A stretch of 41,306 nucleotides of DNA from Crocinitomicaceae bacterium (lineage in GTDB: Bacteria; Bacteroidota; Bacteroidia; Flavobacteriales_D; Parvicellaceae), in contig JBELEU010000002.1 of NCBI GenBank assembly GCA_042093455.1, forward strand, positions 1-41,306, read 5' to 3'. The first letter of the stretch is position 1. Every line of letters begins with the position of its first letter. A model generated the notes under the pieces. It searched no databases and was not told where the DNA came from. It saw only the letters and a program-made list of their open reading frames with translations. Positions 8,753 to 16,294 of this stretch are shown here, one piece after another. Made by a program: the position numbers and the translations under genes.

Positions 8753-9774
8753 CTCCATTTGAGTGAATAAATCATTGATTTTAGCTCTCTAATAAAAGCT
8801 CCTTTTTCAAAATTTGGTGCATAAACATAACCCTCAATTGTTATTATTTTTGTTTTTTCAGCGTTTAGTCTAGATATACTTATAAAAGGTCCGCCCATTT
8901 TATCGTTTGCAACCCTCCAAAGGCCAGCAATTTCAAGAAAATATTCAGAATTGTTATTTATTAACGCATTTTCTGAAAAATTGCCAAGATTGTCTTTTCG
9001 TGTTTCCATAAAAGTATCTTTTGTTTTTCCTAATATGTGTTGTTTGAATATTGAATCTCTGAGCAATAGCTGTTGTTTTAGGCTAAGTTGAGCTTCGTTT
9101 ACATAGTCGTATTCATAAATAATTAAACCTTGTTGAATTTCATGTTTCCCATTTTGATCTTTATCAATAGTTAGCTGACTTAACCAAGTGATATCTGGGT
9201 TTGATTTATTGACCTTCATACCTGAAGGTAGCTTTAAGCGAAAGTTATATTTCTTCTCAAGTAGAGAATTTATAGAATTGTCATTAGAAAATTTCTTATT
9301 TATAACTTCGTAATAAAATTCATTTATCAGTTGTTTTATTTCACTCTTTTTTGAATTAATTAAATTAATAGCATCTTTTTTATTCTTAAACTTAAAATCT
9401 AATACAATCTGATTTTTAGCCCATAAATCATCAATCGGAAGCGGGATTGAGGATGTGGATTCATAACCATTGTTAATGTCAATAATGAATATACAATTGT
9501 GTTTTTTTATATTTTGAATCAACCCTTTTGGGTCAATGAACTCTAGTTCATATTCTTTTTCGTATGGTAGTGGAGTAGTGTTAACAAGTTGACTAAAATT
9601 TGCTAGAAGTGTTTGACCAACAATATTGTTCCAATTTTCTTTTTTAGTAACCACAAGTATTTCTCCAAGTTTTTTAGTAGCATCAGGCTGTAAAAGCTTA
9701 GGATTATAGTCGTTTTCAATACAGCCTACAAAACAAAAAGCAATACAACAGAATAAAATAATTTTACGAATCAT
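8740..9774 (-). CDS. Putative lipoprotein of unknown function (possibly DUF4837-like)
   Basis: 344-aa ORF with lipoprotein signal MIRKIILFCCIAFCFVGC. The 3' end overlaps the convergent gene by 13 nt. The DUF assignment is a weak recollection only. Confidence 0.55.
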   Translation of the reverse strand: MIRKIILFCCIAFCFVGCIENDYNPKLLQPDATKKLGEILVVTKKENWNNIVGQTLLANFSQLVNTTPLPYEKEYELEFIDPKGLIQNIKKHNCIFIIDINNGYESTSSIPLPIDDLWAKNQIVLDFKFKNKKDAINLINSKKSEIKQLINEFYYEVINKKFSNDNSINSLLEKKYNFRLKLPSGMKVNKSNPDITWLSQLTIDKDQNGKHEIQQGLIIYEYDYVNEAQLSLKQQLLLRDSIFKQHILGKTKDTFMETRKDNLGNFSENALINNNSEYFLEIAGLWRVANDKMGGPFISISRLNAEKTKIITIEGYVYAPNFEKGAFIRELKSMIYSLKWSHSQ

Positions 9775-9779
9775 AATTA

Positions 9780-10580
9780 TTATTTAAATGTACTTATTAT
9801 AATACCTGTAGAAAATAAATAATCATTGGCATTGTCTGAAAAAATTGATGAGGTTGAGAATTGACCGAAAAGACCAATATTTTTAAAAATGAAATTTAAG
9901 TGATAATTTAAATAATATTGGTTAAGCATGAAATCTCCTTTAGTTTTAATTTTTGACCAATTTTTCCCCTCAAATTCTTTTGTAATTAAAATTGATTTAA
10001 TTCTGTAAGACAATGATGCACCAACTTGAATCTGAAAACGAGGTTTTCTTAACATTAAGGGTTTAACACTGATTAATAATGGTACTTGTATATAATTACA
10101 TCTCAGTTTGTTTTTTGAGGGACTGAACAGAGAGTCAGTTGTAAACTGCAGTTGATTATTATTTATACTAGTTATGTTTTCCCCAAGGCTAATATTATGT
10201 GATTGAATTCCTATTCCAGCAATACCTGTCACATAGTTATTAAGGAATTTAAACAAGTTTCTATATAAAGTATAGCCAATGTTATTGGTTGCGATCTTTT
10301 CATAAGGTATTCTATTTTTGTATTCCACATTCCAAGGTTTAGCACTGTTTGAAAACAGTGAGAAACCAACATTGCAAATACTTGCTTTTTTCTTTTCTTT
10401 ATCTACTTTTAATTCATTAATTTCTTCATCAAAATCCCACTCATTACTCTCACCTCTTTCGTTCACAATAAGTATATTTGAGTGATTTAAATTAATTTTA
10501 AGAGTATCGTTTTGTTGTGAAAACACCAAGCTAGTATTAAGCAAAAAACCAAATAAAAAGAAAGTATAAAAATTCAACAT
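9780..10580 (-). CDS. Outer-membrane beta-barrel protein (OMP_b-brl_2 / PorT-like class)
   Basis: 266 aa with a signal peptide ending SLVFSQQ. It shows alternating hydrophobic beta-strand patterning and an aromatic residue next to the C-terminus (IIISTFK). It lies 5 nt upstream of the lipoprotein gene on the same strand. Confidence 0.6.
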   Translation of the reverse strand: MLNFYTFFLFGFLLNTSLVFSQQNDTLKINLNHSNILIVNERGESNEWDFDEEINELKVDKEKKKASICNVGFSLFSNSAKPWNVEYKNRIPYEKIATNNIGYTLYRNLFKFLNNYVTGIAGIGIQSHNISLGENITSINNNQLQFTTDSLFSPSKNKLRCNYIQVPLLISVKPLMLRKPRFQIQVGASLSYRIKSILITKEFEGKNWSKIKTKGDFMLNQYYLNYHLNFIFKNIGLFGQFSTSSIFSDNANDYLFSTGIIISTFK

Positions 10581-10581
10581 A

Positions 10582-10692
10582 ATGAAAAAATTAAAAGTAT
10601 TCTGGACTAAATACAGCTCTTATTTTGTTGATGTATGGCAATATTTAATCATTTTAATTATAATGATACTAGCACTGATATTTTGGCTTTAA
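10582..10692 (+). CDS. Candidate 36-aa small membrane protein (speculative)
   Basis: ATG-to-TAA ORF read by hand: MKKLKVFWTKYSSYFVDVWQYLIILIIMILALIFWL. It has a basic, aromatic-rich N-terminus and a single C-terminal hydrophobic helix. It fills the 113-nt gap between two minus-strand genes with 1-nt spacers on each side. It is below the ORF-track cutoff and could be chance in AT-rich DNA. Confidence 0.25.
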   Translation: MKKLKVFWTKYSSYFVDVWQYLIILIIMILALIFWL

Positions 10693-10693
10693 A

Positions 10694-11662
10694 TTATTGT
10701 AAAGCAAAAGAAGTAGCTCCTATTAAAAACCCTTCAGCATATACCTCTATTTTATACGAATTAGGTTTTAAGATACTTTGCATTTCATAAAAAACACATA
10801 AGTCAGTATTTTTATTTTGATAGTTAACGCTTCGTTTTGCGCTAACCTCAATTTTATTGTTTTCATAATCAGTTATAAATATTGGAGATGGAGCAGCAAA
10901 AACTTCTCCCTCTTTTGATAGTACCCTAATGAATATGTCTTTATTTCCTGGTTCTGCTAATTGATTACCAATTAATGTGCAACATCCTTTTATCATATTT
11001 GTTCTTGATGCTCTGGTAGTTTCTGTTTGTTTTCCACTTGGTCTAATTCTCAAAGCAGTAGCTTTTAAATTACCAGCTTGAAGTACGGCTCCCAGAGCAA
11101 CTTTTTCCATTAGTGATTCATTGTGTTTTTTAAACTCTTTGTTTTCGCTAGTAACTTTGTTTAATGTGTTGTTTTGCTCTGTTAATGTATTTTGAAGACT
11201 GACGTTAATTGAATTTAATGAGTCTATAGTATGGATATATCCTTTCATGATTCCACGCAGAGTTTCAGCTTCTTTTTTTAGTTTATAGATCTTTCCCCAG
11301 TCGCGTTCTGATTTAGAGTTTAATATAGAAACTTCATTCATAAGAGAAGTAATTTTTTCTCTTTGAATATTTATACTATCAATAACCAATGTATTTGTTT
11401 GTTCGAGGCTATCATAAGATAATAATAAAGTGTTTAAGTTACTCTTCAAGTTTTGGTTGTCATCATCAGAAATAATTCCTTCATCTCTTAAACTTTGAAT
11501 CATTTGTTTTTCATTAAACTCAAATATTTTGATTTTTTCAGATAAATCATGATTGTTATTATTGATCTGGCTTACAACTATGGCCAGATAAACCAGAATT
11601 GCCATCAATCCTAAAATTATAAGTAAAGAATACTTGTTTTTTTTCTTTTCTTCAACTTCCAT
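10694..11662 (-). CDS. Membrane-anchored coiled-coil protein of unknown function
   Basis: ORF track begins at 11725. I prefer the ATG at 11662 (MEVEEKKKNKYSLLIILGLMAILVYLAIVV), which gives a charged N-terminus plus a TM helix and leaves 82 nt for divergent promoters. A long heptad-like Q/N/L/E-rich segment follows, then a beta-rich C-terminal domain. Confidence 0.6.
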   Translation of the reverse strand: MEVEEKKKNKYSLLIILGLMAILVYLAIVVSQINNNNHDLSEKIKIFEFNEKQMIQSLRDEGIISDDDNQNLKSNLNTLLLSYDSLEQTNTLVIDSINIQREKITSLMNEVSILNSKSERDWGKIYKLKKEAETLRGIMKGYIHTIDSLNSINVSLQNTLTEQNNTLNKVTSENKEFKKHNESLMEKVALGAVLQAGNLKATALRIRPSGKQTETTRASRTNMIKGCCTLIGNQLAEPGNKDIFIRVLSKEGEVFAAPSPIFITDYENNKIEVSAKRSVNYQNKNTDLCVFYEMQSILKPNSYKIEVYAEGFLIGATSFALQ

Positions 11663-11744
11663 TTGCTGTATTAAATCTAATTTTACGTTATAAAGATAAA
11701 AGATACTAATCAAGAAAAATGCCAATGTTTTTAATAATATCCAT

Positions 11745-12425
11745 ATGTCAATGTTAAGTGATTTTATTTCCCTTATTTATCCACAAAACTGTTCTGGTTG
11801 TGATGCTCTTTTAGTTCAGTCAGAAAAAGGGATATGTTCATCTTGTTTAATTGAACTTGAAAAGATCAGCATTCAGAACCCAGTCACTTCATTTCATTTT
11901 GGAAGAAAAGAAATCGATGAGTTTATTTCAGGTTTTCATTTGGTTAAAGGAGGTGTTTTACTGAACATAATTCACAATATAAAGTACAATAACAATAAAG
12001 TTTCAGCGAATATACTCGGAATTGAACTTGGGAAAAAACTCAAACAACTACGAGTTATGGATGAAATTGAATGTATTGTCCCAGTTCCTATAAGTTTAAA
12101 AAAACAAAGACTTAGAAAGTTTAATCAATCTGAAGAAATAGCAAAAGGGATTAAAAAAGTAATTGATATTCCTATTGAAACCAATTGGCTATTAAGAAAA
12201 AACAGCTTAAAATCTCAAACATTTAGCAAACGTTTTGAAAGATCTCAAAATGTAAAAGAGGAGTATTATTTGAACAAAAAAAAGACGCCTTCATTTAAGC
12301 GCCTTTTGATTCTTGATGATGTTGTAACTACTGGATCAACTATAGTTAGTTGTTTAGAAGCTATAAACAACAAGGATAAACTTTCAGTTTGTGTTGCTTC
12401 AGTAGCGTTAACAAAAAAAGATTAG
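11745..12425 (+). CDS. ComF family protein (phosphoribosyltransferase-like)
   Basis: 226 aa. It has an N-terminal Cys4 finger (CSGC...CSSC) and the C-terminal PRT motif LLILDDVVTTGST. Confidence 0.8.
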   Translation: MSMLSDFISLIYPQNCSGCDALLVQSEKGICSSCLIELEKISIQNPVTSFHFGRKEIDEFISGFHLVKGGVLLNIIHNIKYNNNKVSANILGIELGKKLKQLRVMDEIECIVPVPISLKKQRLRKFNQSEEIAKGIKKVIDIPIETNWLLRKNSLKSQTFSKRFERSQNVKEEYYLNKKKTPSFKRLLILDDVVTTGSTIVSCLEAINNKDKLSVCVASVALTKKD

Positions 12426-12862
12426 TCTTTTTCGGGTGTTTCTACAGAAACGCCAACTTCAATGTTTGTAATTTGACCATCATTAAAGAAACCTTCAAAC
12501 GTAGCTCCTTCCTTGGCCCAGTGATATTTACCTCTACCAGAAGCTTTGTCTTCTGACCAACTACCATCGTAATAGTTTCCATTTTTCCAAGTATATCTTC
12601 CGTTACCATTTTTTTTCCCTTTAACAAATTGCCCTTTGTAAGCGTCTCCGTTGTCATAAAAGAAATCACCATATCCACTTGGAAGACCATCGCTCCAGCT
12701 ACCAGCATATACATGACCACTTTCCCAATTAAAGGTGCCATGACCTCTATGACAGTTCCCTTTTACACATTGTGCAGAAGTTTGTGAAATAAAGCATCCT
12801 AAAAATGCTGCAAGAAAAAGTGTTCTCATTGTTTTAATATTTTTATTGTTTTGATTTTTCAT
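12422..12862 (-). CDS. Secreted MORN-repeat protein
   Basis: 146 aa with signal peptide MRTLFLAAFLGCFISQTSAQ; an alternative start lies at 12829. It has tandem YxGxWxxGxxxGxG-type MORN repeats (YAGSWSDGLPSGYG, YKGQFVKGKKNGNG, YDGSWSEDKASGRG). Confidence 0.8.
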   Translation of the reverse strand: MKNQNNKNIKTMRTLFLAAFLGCFISQTSAQCVKGNCHRGHGTFNWESGHVYAGSWSDGLPSGYGDFFYDNGDAYKGQFVKGKKNGNGRYTWKNGNYYDGSWSEDKASGRGKYHWAKEGATFEGFFNDGQITNIEVGVSVETPEKD

Positions 12863-12972
12863 AGTTATTCAAATTTAATGAATCATAATAAATTAAGCAT
12901 GATATTATTTGTTTTTATCACACAATTGATACTTCAATAAATATGCCAAACAATTTGTACGTAAAAAATAAC

Positions 12973-14070
12973 CTAACTGTTACAAAGATTTAAAGCAAAA
13001 CTTATATTTTTTTCTGACATCTTTTTTCTATGCCTTGATATATCTACTTCGTCATCAATAGCCTCATTAAAAATTATATGTCTAATCAAGTTATTTGCTA
13101 GCCATGGTGCAGACATTACTCCTTTACTCCCAAGCCCATTAAAAACATATGAGTTTTTTAAAATAGGATGTTCACCAACCACAGCTCTTCTGTCGTTAGT
13201 TGTTGGTCTAAAGCCAACTTCATGATTTATGACAGTGTATTTAAAGTTGCCAATAGCATTGAATTTGGATAATAAATATTTTTTTGCGTTTAATGTTGTT
13301 TCAAGGCTCCGATCTTTGTGATCATATGTTGATCCGATTGTGAAAATGTTTTTTTGCTTGTCAGGGACTGAATAAACACCCTTGCTGATTAATTTTTTTG
13401 GAAATGACGAGCAATTTATTTTCAGTAATTCACCCTTGTTAGGGATGACTGGTAAATAGTTGAAAAGAGTGTTTTTGATTACACCCGCTCCTTCACAATA
13501 AATGATATTTTTTGCCCTGTATTTACCACAATGATACCAGTCATTAACCTTAGGAATAGGCTTGGAAAATTCTGTTGAATTAAAAACAGAGTTAAAGTTT
13601 TTAAAATGGTTAAAACTGGATTTGATAAAATCTTTTACAATTAACCTTCCGCATGACTTAACAGTTCCATATCCATAAGGCATGTTAAAGTTTGTTTTAG
13701 GAAATTCAATGTCATCATCTCCAAGAAATAAATTATAACTTATATCACCAGTTTTAGATAACCAGTTGTTTTGTTCTTCAAATGAGTTAAATAGTCTAAT
13801 TACATCAAGAGGGATAAAGCTATTGGTGTTCAATTTCTTATTCATCTCTTCATAGAATAAAATACTAAAAGGGGATAAAATACTAGCTTTCCATGAATGA
13901 ATACACCTTTTAAACGAAATAGGATTTAATATGCCAGCGGCAACATTAGAGCTAGACTTTGCATCAGGTCTATCTATGACAACAAATGTTTTTTTATATT
14001 TTTCAAGAGTATGAGCAGCAATAGTTCCTGCTAACCCTTGTCCAATAATAATGAAGTCTTTCTCAGACAT
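12973..14070 (-). CDS. FAD-dependent oxidoreductase (DAO-like)
   Basis: 365 aa with an N-terminal dinucleotide-binding motif IIIGQGLAGT...VIDR. The start overlaps the upstream LysE gene stop by 8 nt. Confidence 0.7.
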   Translation of the reverse strand: MSEKDFIIIGQGLAGTIAAHTLEKYKKTFVVIDRPDAKSSSNVAAGILNPISFKRCIHSWKASILSPFSILFYEEMNKKLNTNSFIPLDVIRLFNSFEEQNNWLSKTGDISYNLFLGDDDIEFPKTNFNMPYGYGTVKSCGRLIVKDFIKSSFNHFKNFNSVFNSTEFSKPIPKVNDWYHCGKYRAKNIIYCEGAGVIKNTLFNYLPVIPNKGELLKINCSSFPKKLISKGVYSVPDKQKNIFTIGSTYDHKDRSLETTLNAKKYLLSKFNAIGNFKYTVINHEVGFRPTTNDRRAVVGEHPILKNSYVFNGLGSKGVMSAPWLANNLIRHIIFNEAIDDEVDISRHRKKMSEKNISFALNLCNS

Positions 14071-14698
14071 TAATGTCTTTTAAGCAGATAGCAATTCCGA
14101 AAGTTATTAATGCAACTCCTACCCCCATGCCAATCGAACGAATATTTTTAGGGGTCATTCGTTTTTTTAGCTTACTTGCAAAGTGAATTTTACCTAAGTC
14201 TACTAAAAGCATAGTAAGAAGCGTAGCGCCAAAATAATACAACAGGTAAATTCCATCAATTTTTAATTCTTCAGTGGCATAAGTACAAGCAGCAATCCAA
14301 TAAATTAGCACGCCAGGATTAATAGCATTTAAACCTATCCCTTTAATTATTGATGCAAATGGACTAGGAAGATCTTTCCCGTCAATTTTATGTTGATTGA
14401 AGCTTGTTTCTGTTTTTTTGATAAAGTTTTTATAAAAGGTAACTCCACCCATTATTAAAAAAGCTCCACCAGCAATGTACTTTATATAAGGGTTTTCCAG
14501 AAGCCAGGTATTGATTTCTTTAGCTACAAAAAAAGAAGCTACTAAGTAAATAGCATCGCTAAATAAGATTCCTAGATCAAAAAAGAAAGCTGTTTTAAAT
14601 CCTTTACTGATACTTGTTTCTATTAAAATGAAAAAAGCTGGGCCAATAAGAAAACTTAGTAAAAGTCCGAAAAGAATACCGTTAAGTAGGATGGTCAT
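14063..14698 (-). CDS. LysE/RhtB family amino-acid exporter
   Basis: I prefer the ATG at 14698 (MTILLNGILFGLLLSFLIGPAFF...). The ORF-track extension to 14764 would run through the upstream gene's terminator hairpin. It has about six hydrophobic helices and a LysE-like N-terminal GP motif. Confidence 0.7.
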   Translation of the reverse strand: MTILLNGILFGLLLSFLIGPAFFILIETSISKGFKTAFFFDLGILFSDAIYLVASFFVAKEINTWLLENPYIKYIAGGAFLIMGGVTFYKNFIKKTETSFNQHKIDGKDLPSPFASIIKGIGLNAINPGVLIYWIAACTYATEELKIDGIYLLYYFGATLLTMLLVDLGKIHFASKLKKRMTPKNIRSIGMGVGVALITFGIAICLKDINV

Positions 14699-14739
14699 TG
14701 TGTTTGTAAAACTTAAAAGTAAGCAAAAAAAATTGGCAC

Positions 14740-14777
14740 AAAAAAACCGATTATGTTCAAACACACAATCGGTTTTA
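14740..14777 (-). terminator. Rho-independent terminator downstream of the 64-aa gene
   Basis: The minus-strand RNA reads AAAACCGATT-GTGTGTTTGAACAT-AATCGGTTTT followed by further T residues. This is a 10-bp perfect stem whose T-run totals 7, located 34 nt after the stop at 14811. Confidence 0.6.
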
Positions 14778-14810
14778 ATTTTTTTTGTTAAAAAATTAAG
14801 CTGTTAAAGC

Positions 14811-15005
14811 TTATTTTCCTTTTACGAAAGGAAGACCAGTTTTTGGACTTTCAACTACTTGTTTTCCTGCTGGAAGATCACAAGCTTCAGCTCTTTCATC
14901 TTTTGCAAAATAATATATAGTTTGATTTCTACCCCCTTTTAATTCAACATCTTTTGAATGTAAAAAGTAAGTTTTTCCTTTACTGTTAGTATGTGAATAC
15001 CCCAT
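14811..15005 (-). CDS. Small conserved-looking hypothetical protein (64 aa)
   Basis: Intact ORF MGYSHTNSKGKTYFLHSKDVELKGGRNQTIYYFAKDERAEACDLPAGKQVVESPKTGLPFVKGK. It is flanked by a 114-nt upstream gap and its own terminator. It resembles small basic proteins I recall as widespread hypotheticals. Confidence 0.6.
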   Translation of the reverse strand: MGYSHTNSKGKTYFLHSKDVELKGGRNQTIYYFAKDERAEACDLPAGKQVVESPKTGLPFVKGK

Positions 15006-15119
15006 TTTTATAAAATTTTAATTGATTAATACTATTGTGAATATATTAAAATAATTGTTTGAAATATGTAATTACCTCAGATAACCCCTTTTTAGTTATT
15101 AACAATTATTATAGGAAAA

Positions 15120-15920
15120 CTACCGAATAACACCTGAGGGGTTTAATTCCCCTTCCATTTCTATCATCTCCATTCTTAATGAGCCGAATAATATTTTTGC
15201 TTTCGCCAATAAAGGAACCTTATTGTAGTCGTCTGATATCCAGACAGATAGACTTTCACTAGATTTAAATATTCTTCCTGTTTGTACAATGGGACAAAAT
15301 TTCAGTGTCTTAAATTTTCCAGCTTTTATTTTTATTACTTCTTTACCTATGAATTTGACTTTTAGTGGATAAGTCTCACCATCCACAAAAGCATTAAAAG
15401 TTAAAACATCACCTTTTTTAAGCTTATTTAAGTTCAAAGTTCTTGCATAATAGAAGCAAGAAAGCATGTCCTGAATGTGTTTTTTTGTTTGAATATCACC
15501 TTTTTTAGTCGTTACTATTTGTTCTTGTTGATCAAACAAATAGTTCTGTTTCATTTTATACCCTCCTTCACTTATGTTTCTTTTAAAAAGCAATGGAACC
15601 ATCTCGGATGTATCAACATAGCTTTCATATCGATCACGTATTTTAAAAAACCAATCAAACGTTTTAGTGCTTATGCCAGTTCCCACAATGTGGTATACGC
15701 TTTTGTTTTGAACTTTTGTTTCAGTCTTTTTTACTTCAAGTTGAGCATAACCAGCATCTATAAGGCCATATGATATTTTATAACTTAGTTTTTCACCGTA
15801 TGTAAATGCATTGTTTATTACTCTTCGAGTTGAGGACTTTTCGTTATTTTTGTAATTAGAATTGCTAGACAACAAACAAGTAGCAAGCATTAAACATAAT
15901 ATTCCAAATAATTTTCTCAT
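15120..15920 (-). CDS. DUF3108-like secreted protein
   Basis: 266 aa with signal peptide MRKLFGILCLMLATCLLSS. The segment GEKLSYKISYGLIDAGYAQLEVK resembles the DUF3108 N-terminal pattern. Confidence 0.65.
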   Translation of the reverse strand: MRKLFGILCLMLATCLLSSNSNYKNNEKSSTRRVINNAFTYGEKLSYKISYGLIDAGYAQLEVKKTETKVQNKSVYHIVGTGISTKTFDWFFKIRDRYESYVDTSEMVPLLFKRNISEGGYKMKQNYLFDQQEQIVTTKKGDIQTKKHIQDMLSCFYYARTLNLNKLKKGDVLTFNAFVDGETYPLKVKFIGKEVIKIKAGKFKTLKFCPIVQTGRIFKSSESLSVWISDDYNKVPLLAKAKILFGSLRMEMIEMEGELNPSGVIR

Positions 15921-16290
15921 GAAAACAACATTTCAATTTTTATGCCAAATTAAACTTCTAGTTATATTCATGTTAATATTAAGCTCATGTCAAGAAAAAA
16001 AAAACGAAGAAATAATTCAAAAGGTACCAGAATTAAAAGTACATGACCAGCCAGTAATTCAGGGTGAAACCAAGAGCGGTAAAAGAGAAGGGAAGTGGAC
16101 TTCTTTCTTTCCTAACGGAAAAATTCAAAGTGAATGTTATTATGTCAATGGTTTAAATCATGGGCCAACAAGGGTTTACTTAGAAAACGGAAAGTTACTT
16201 TATGAAGGTGAATATATAAACGGAAAGAAAGCTGGTAACTGGAGATTTGTAGACCCAAAATCAGGAGCAATAACAAATAAAAAATATTAA
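15919..16290 (+). CDS. Lipoprotein with MORN-variant (YwqK-type) repeats
   Basis: I prefer the ATG at 15919 (MKTTFQFLCQIKLLVIFMLILSSCQ, lipobox) over the ORF-track TTG at 15862. It has repeats GKREGKWTSFFPNGK, GLNHGPTRVYLENGK and GKKAGNWRF. Confidence 0.7.
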   Translation: MKTTFQFLCQIKLLVIFMLILSSCQEKKNEEIIQKVPELKVHDQPVIQGETKSGKREGKWTSFFPNGKIQSECYYVNGLNHGPTRVYLENGKLLYEGEYINGKKAGNWRFVDPKSGAITNKKY

Positions 16291-16294
16291 AAGA

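Noticed and set aside
12878-12940. A 20-codon ORF (MNHNKLSMILFVFITQLILQ) in the gap upstream of the MORN gene.
   Set aside because: It is too short to distinguish from chance. It overlaps the likely minus-strand promoter (TAAATTTG box at 12870-12877). It has no features beyond hydrophobicity.
14699-14764. N-terminal extensions of ORF-track calls: LysE to 14764, dut to 39546, the coiled-coil protein to 11725, the YwqK-type lipoprotein from 15862, and the TTG starts at 4261 and 21287.
   Set aside because: Downstream ATG codons give sensible N-termini (signal peptides, or conserved family starts such as MNKINVSIIN for dut). The extensions would run through an upstream terminator hairpin (LysE) or deep into the neighbouring gene (dut), or they sit only two codons upstream of an ATG (4261, 21287).
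15995-16004. Homopolymer tracts at the 5' ends of two lipoprotein genes, considered as slipped-strand phase-variation switches. They are A10 at 15995-16004, two codons after the lipobox Cys, and T10 at 34168-34177, inside a signal peptide.
   Set aside because: With A or T frequency near 0.34, the rough expectation is about 0.34^10 x 41 kb x 2, or 1-2 such runs by chance in this window. Lys (AAA) and Phe (TTT) codons inflate that further. There is no supporting evidence of variation.
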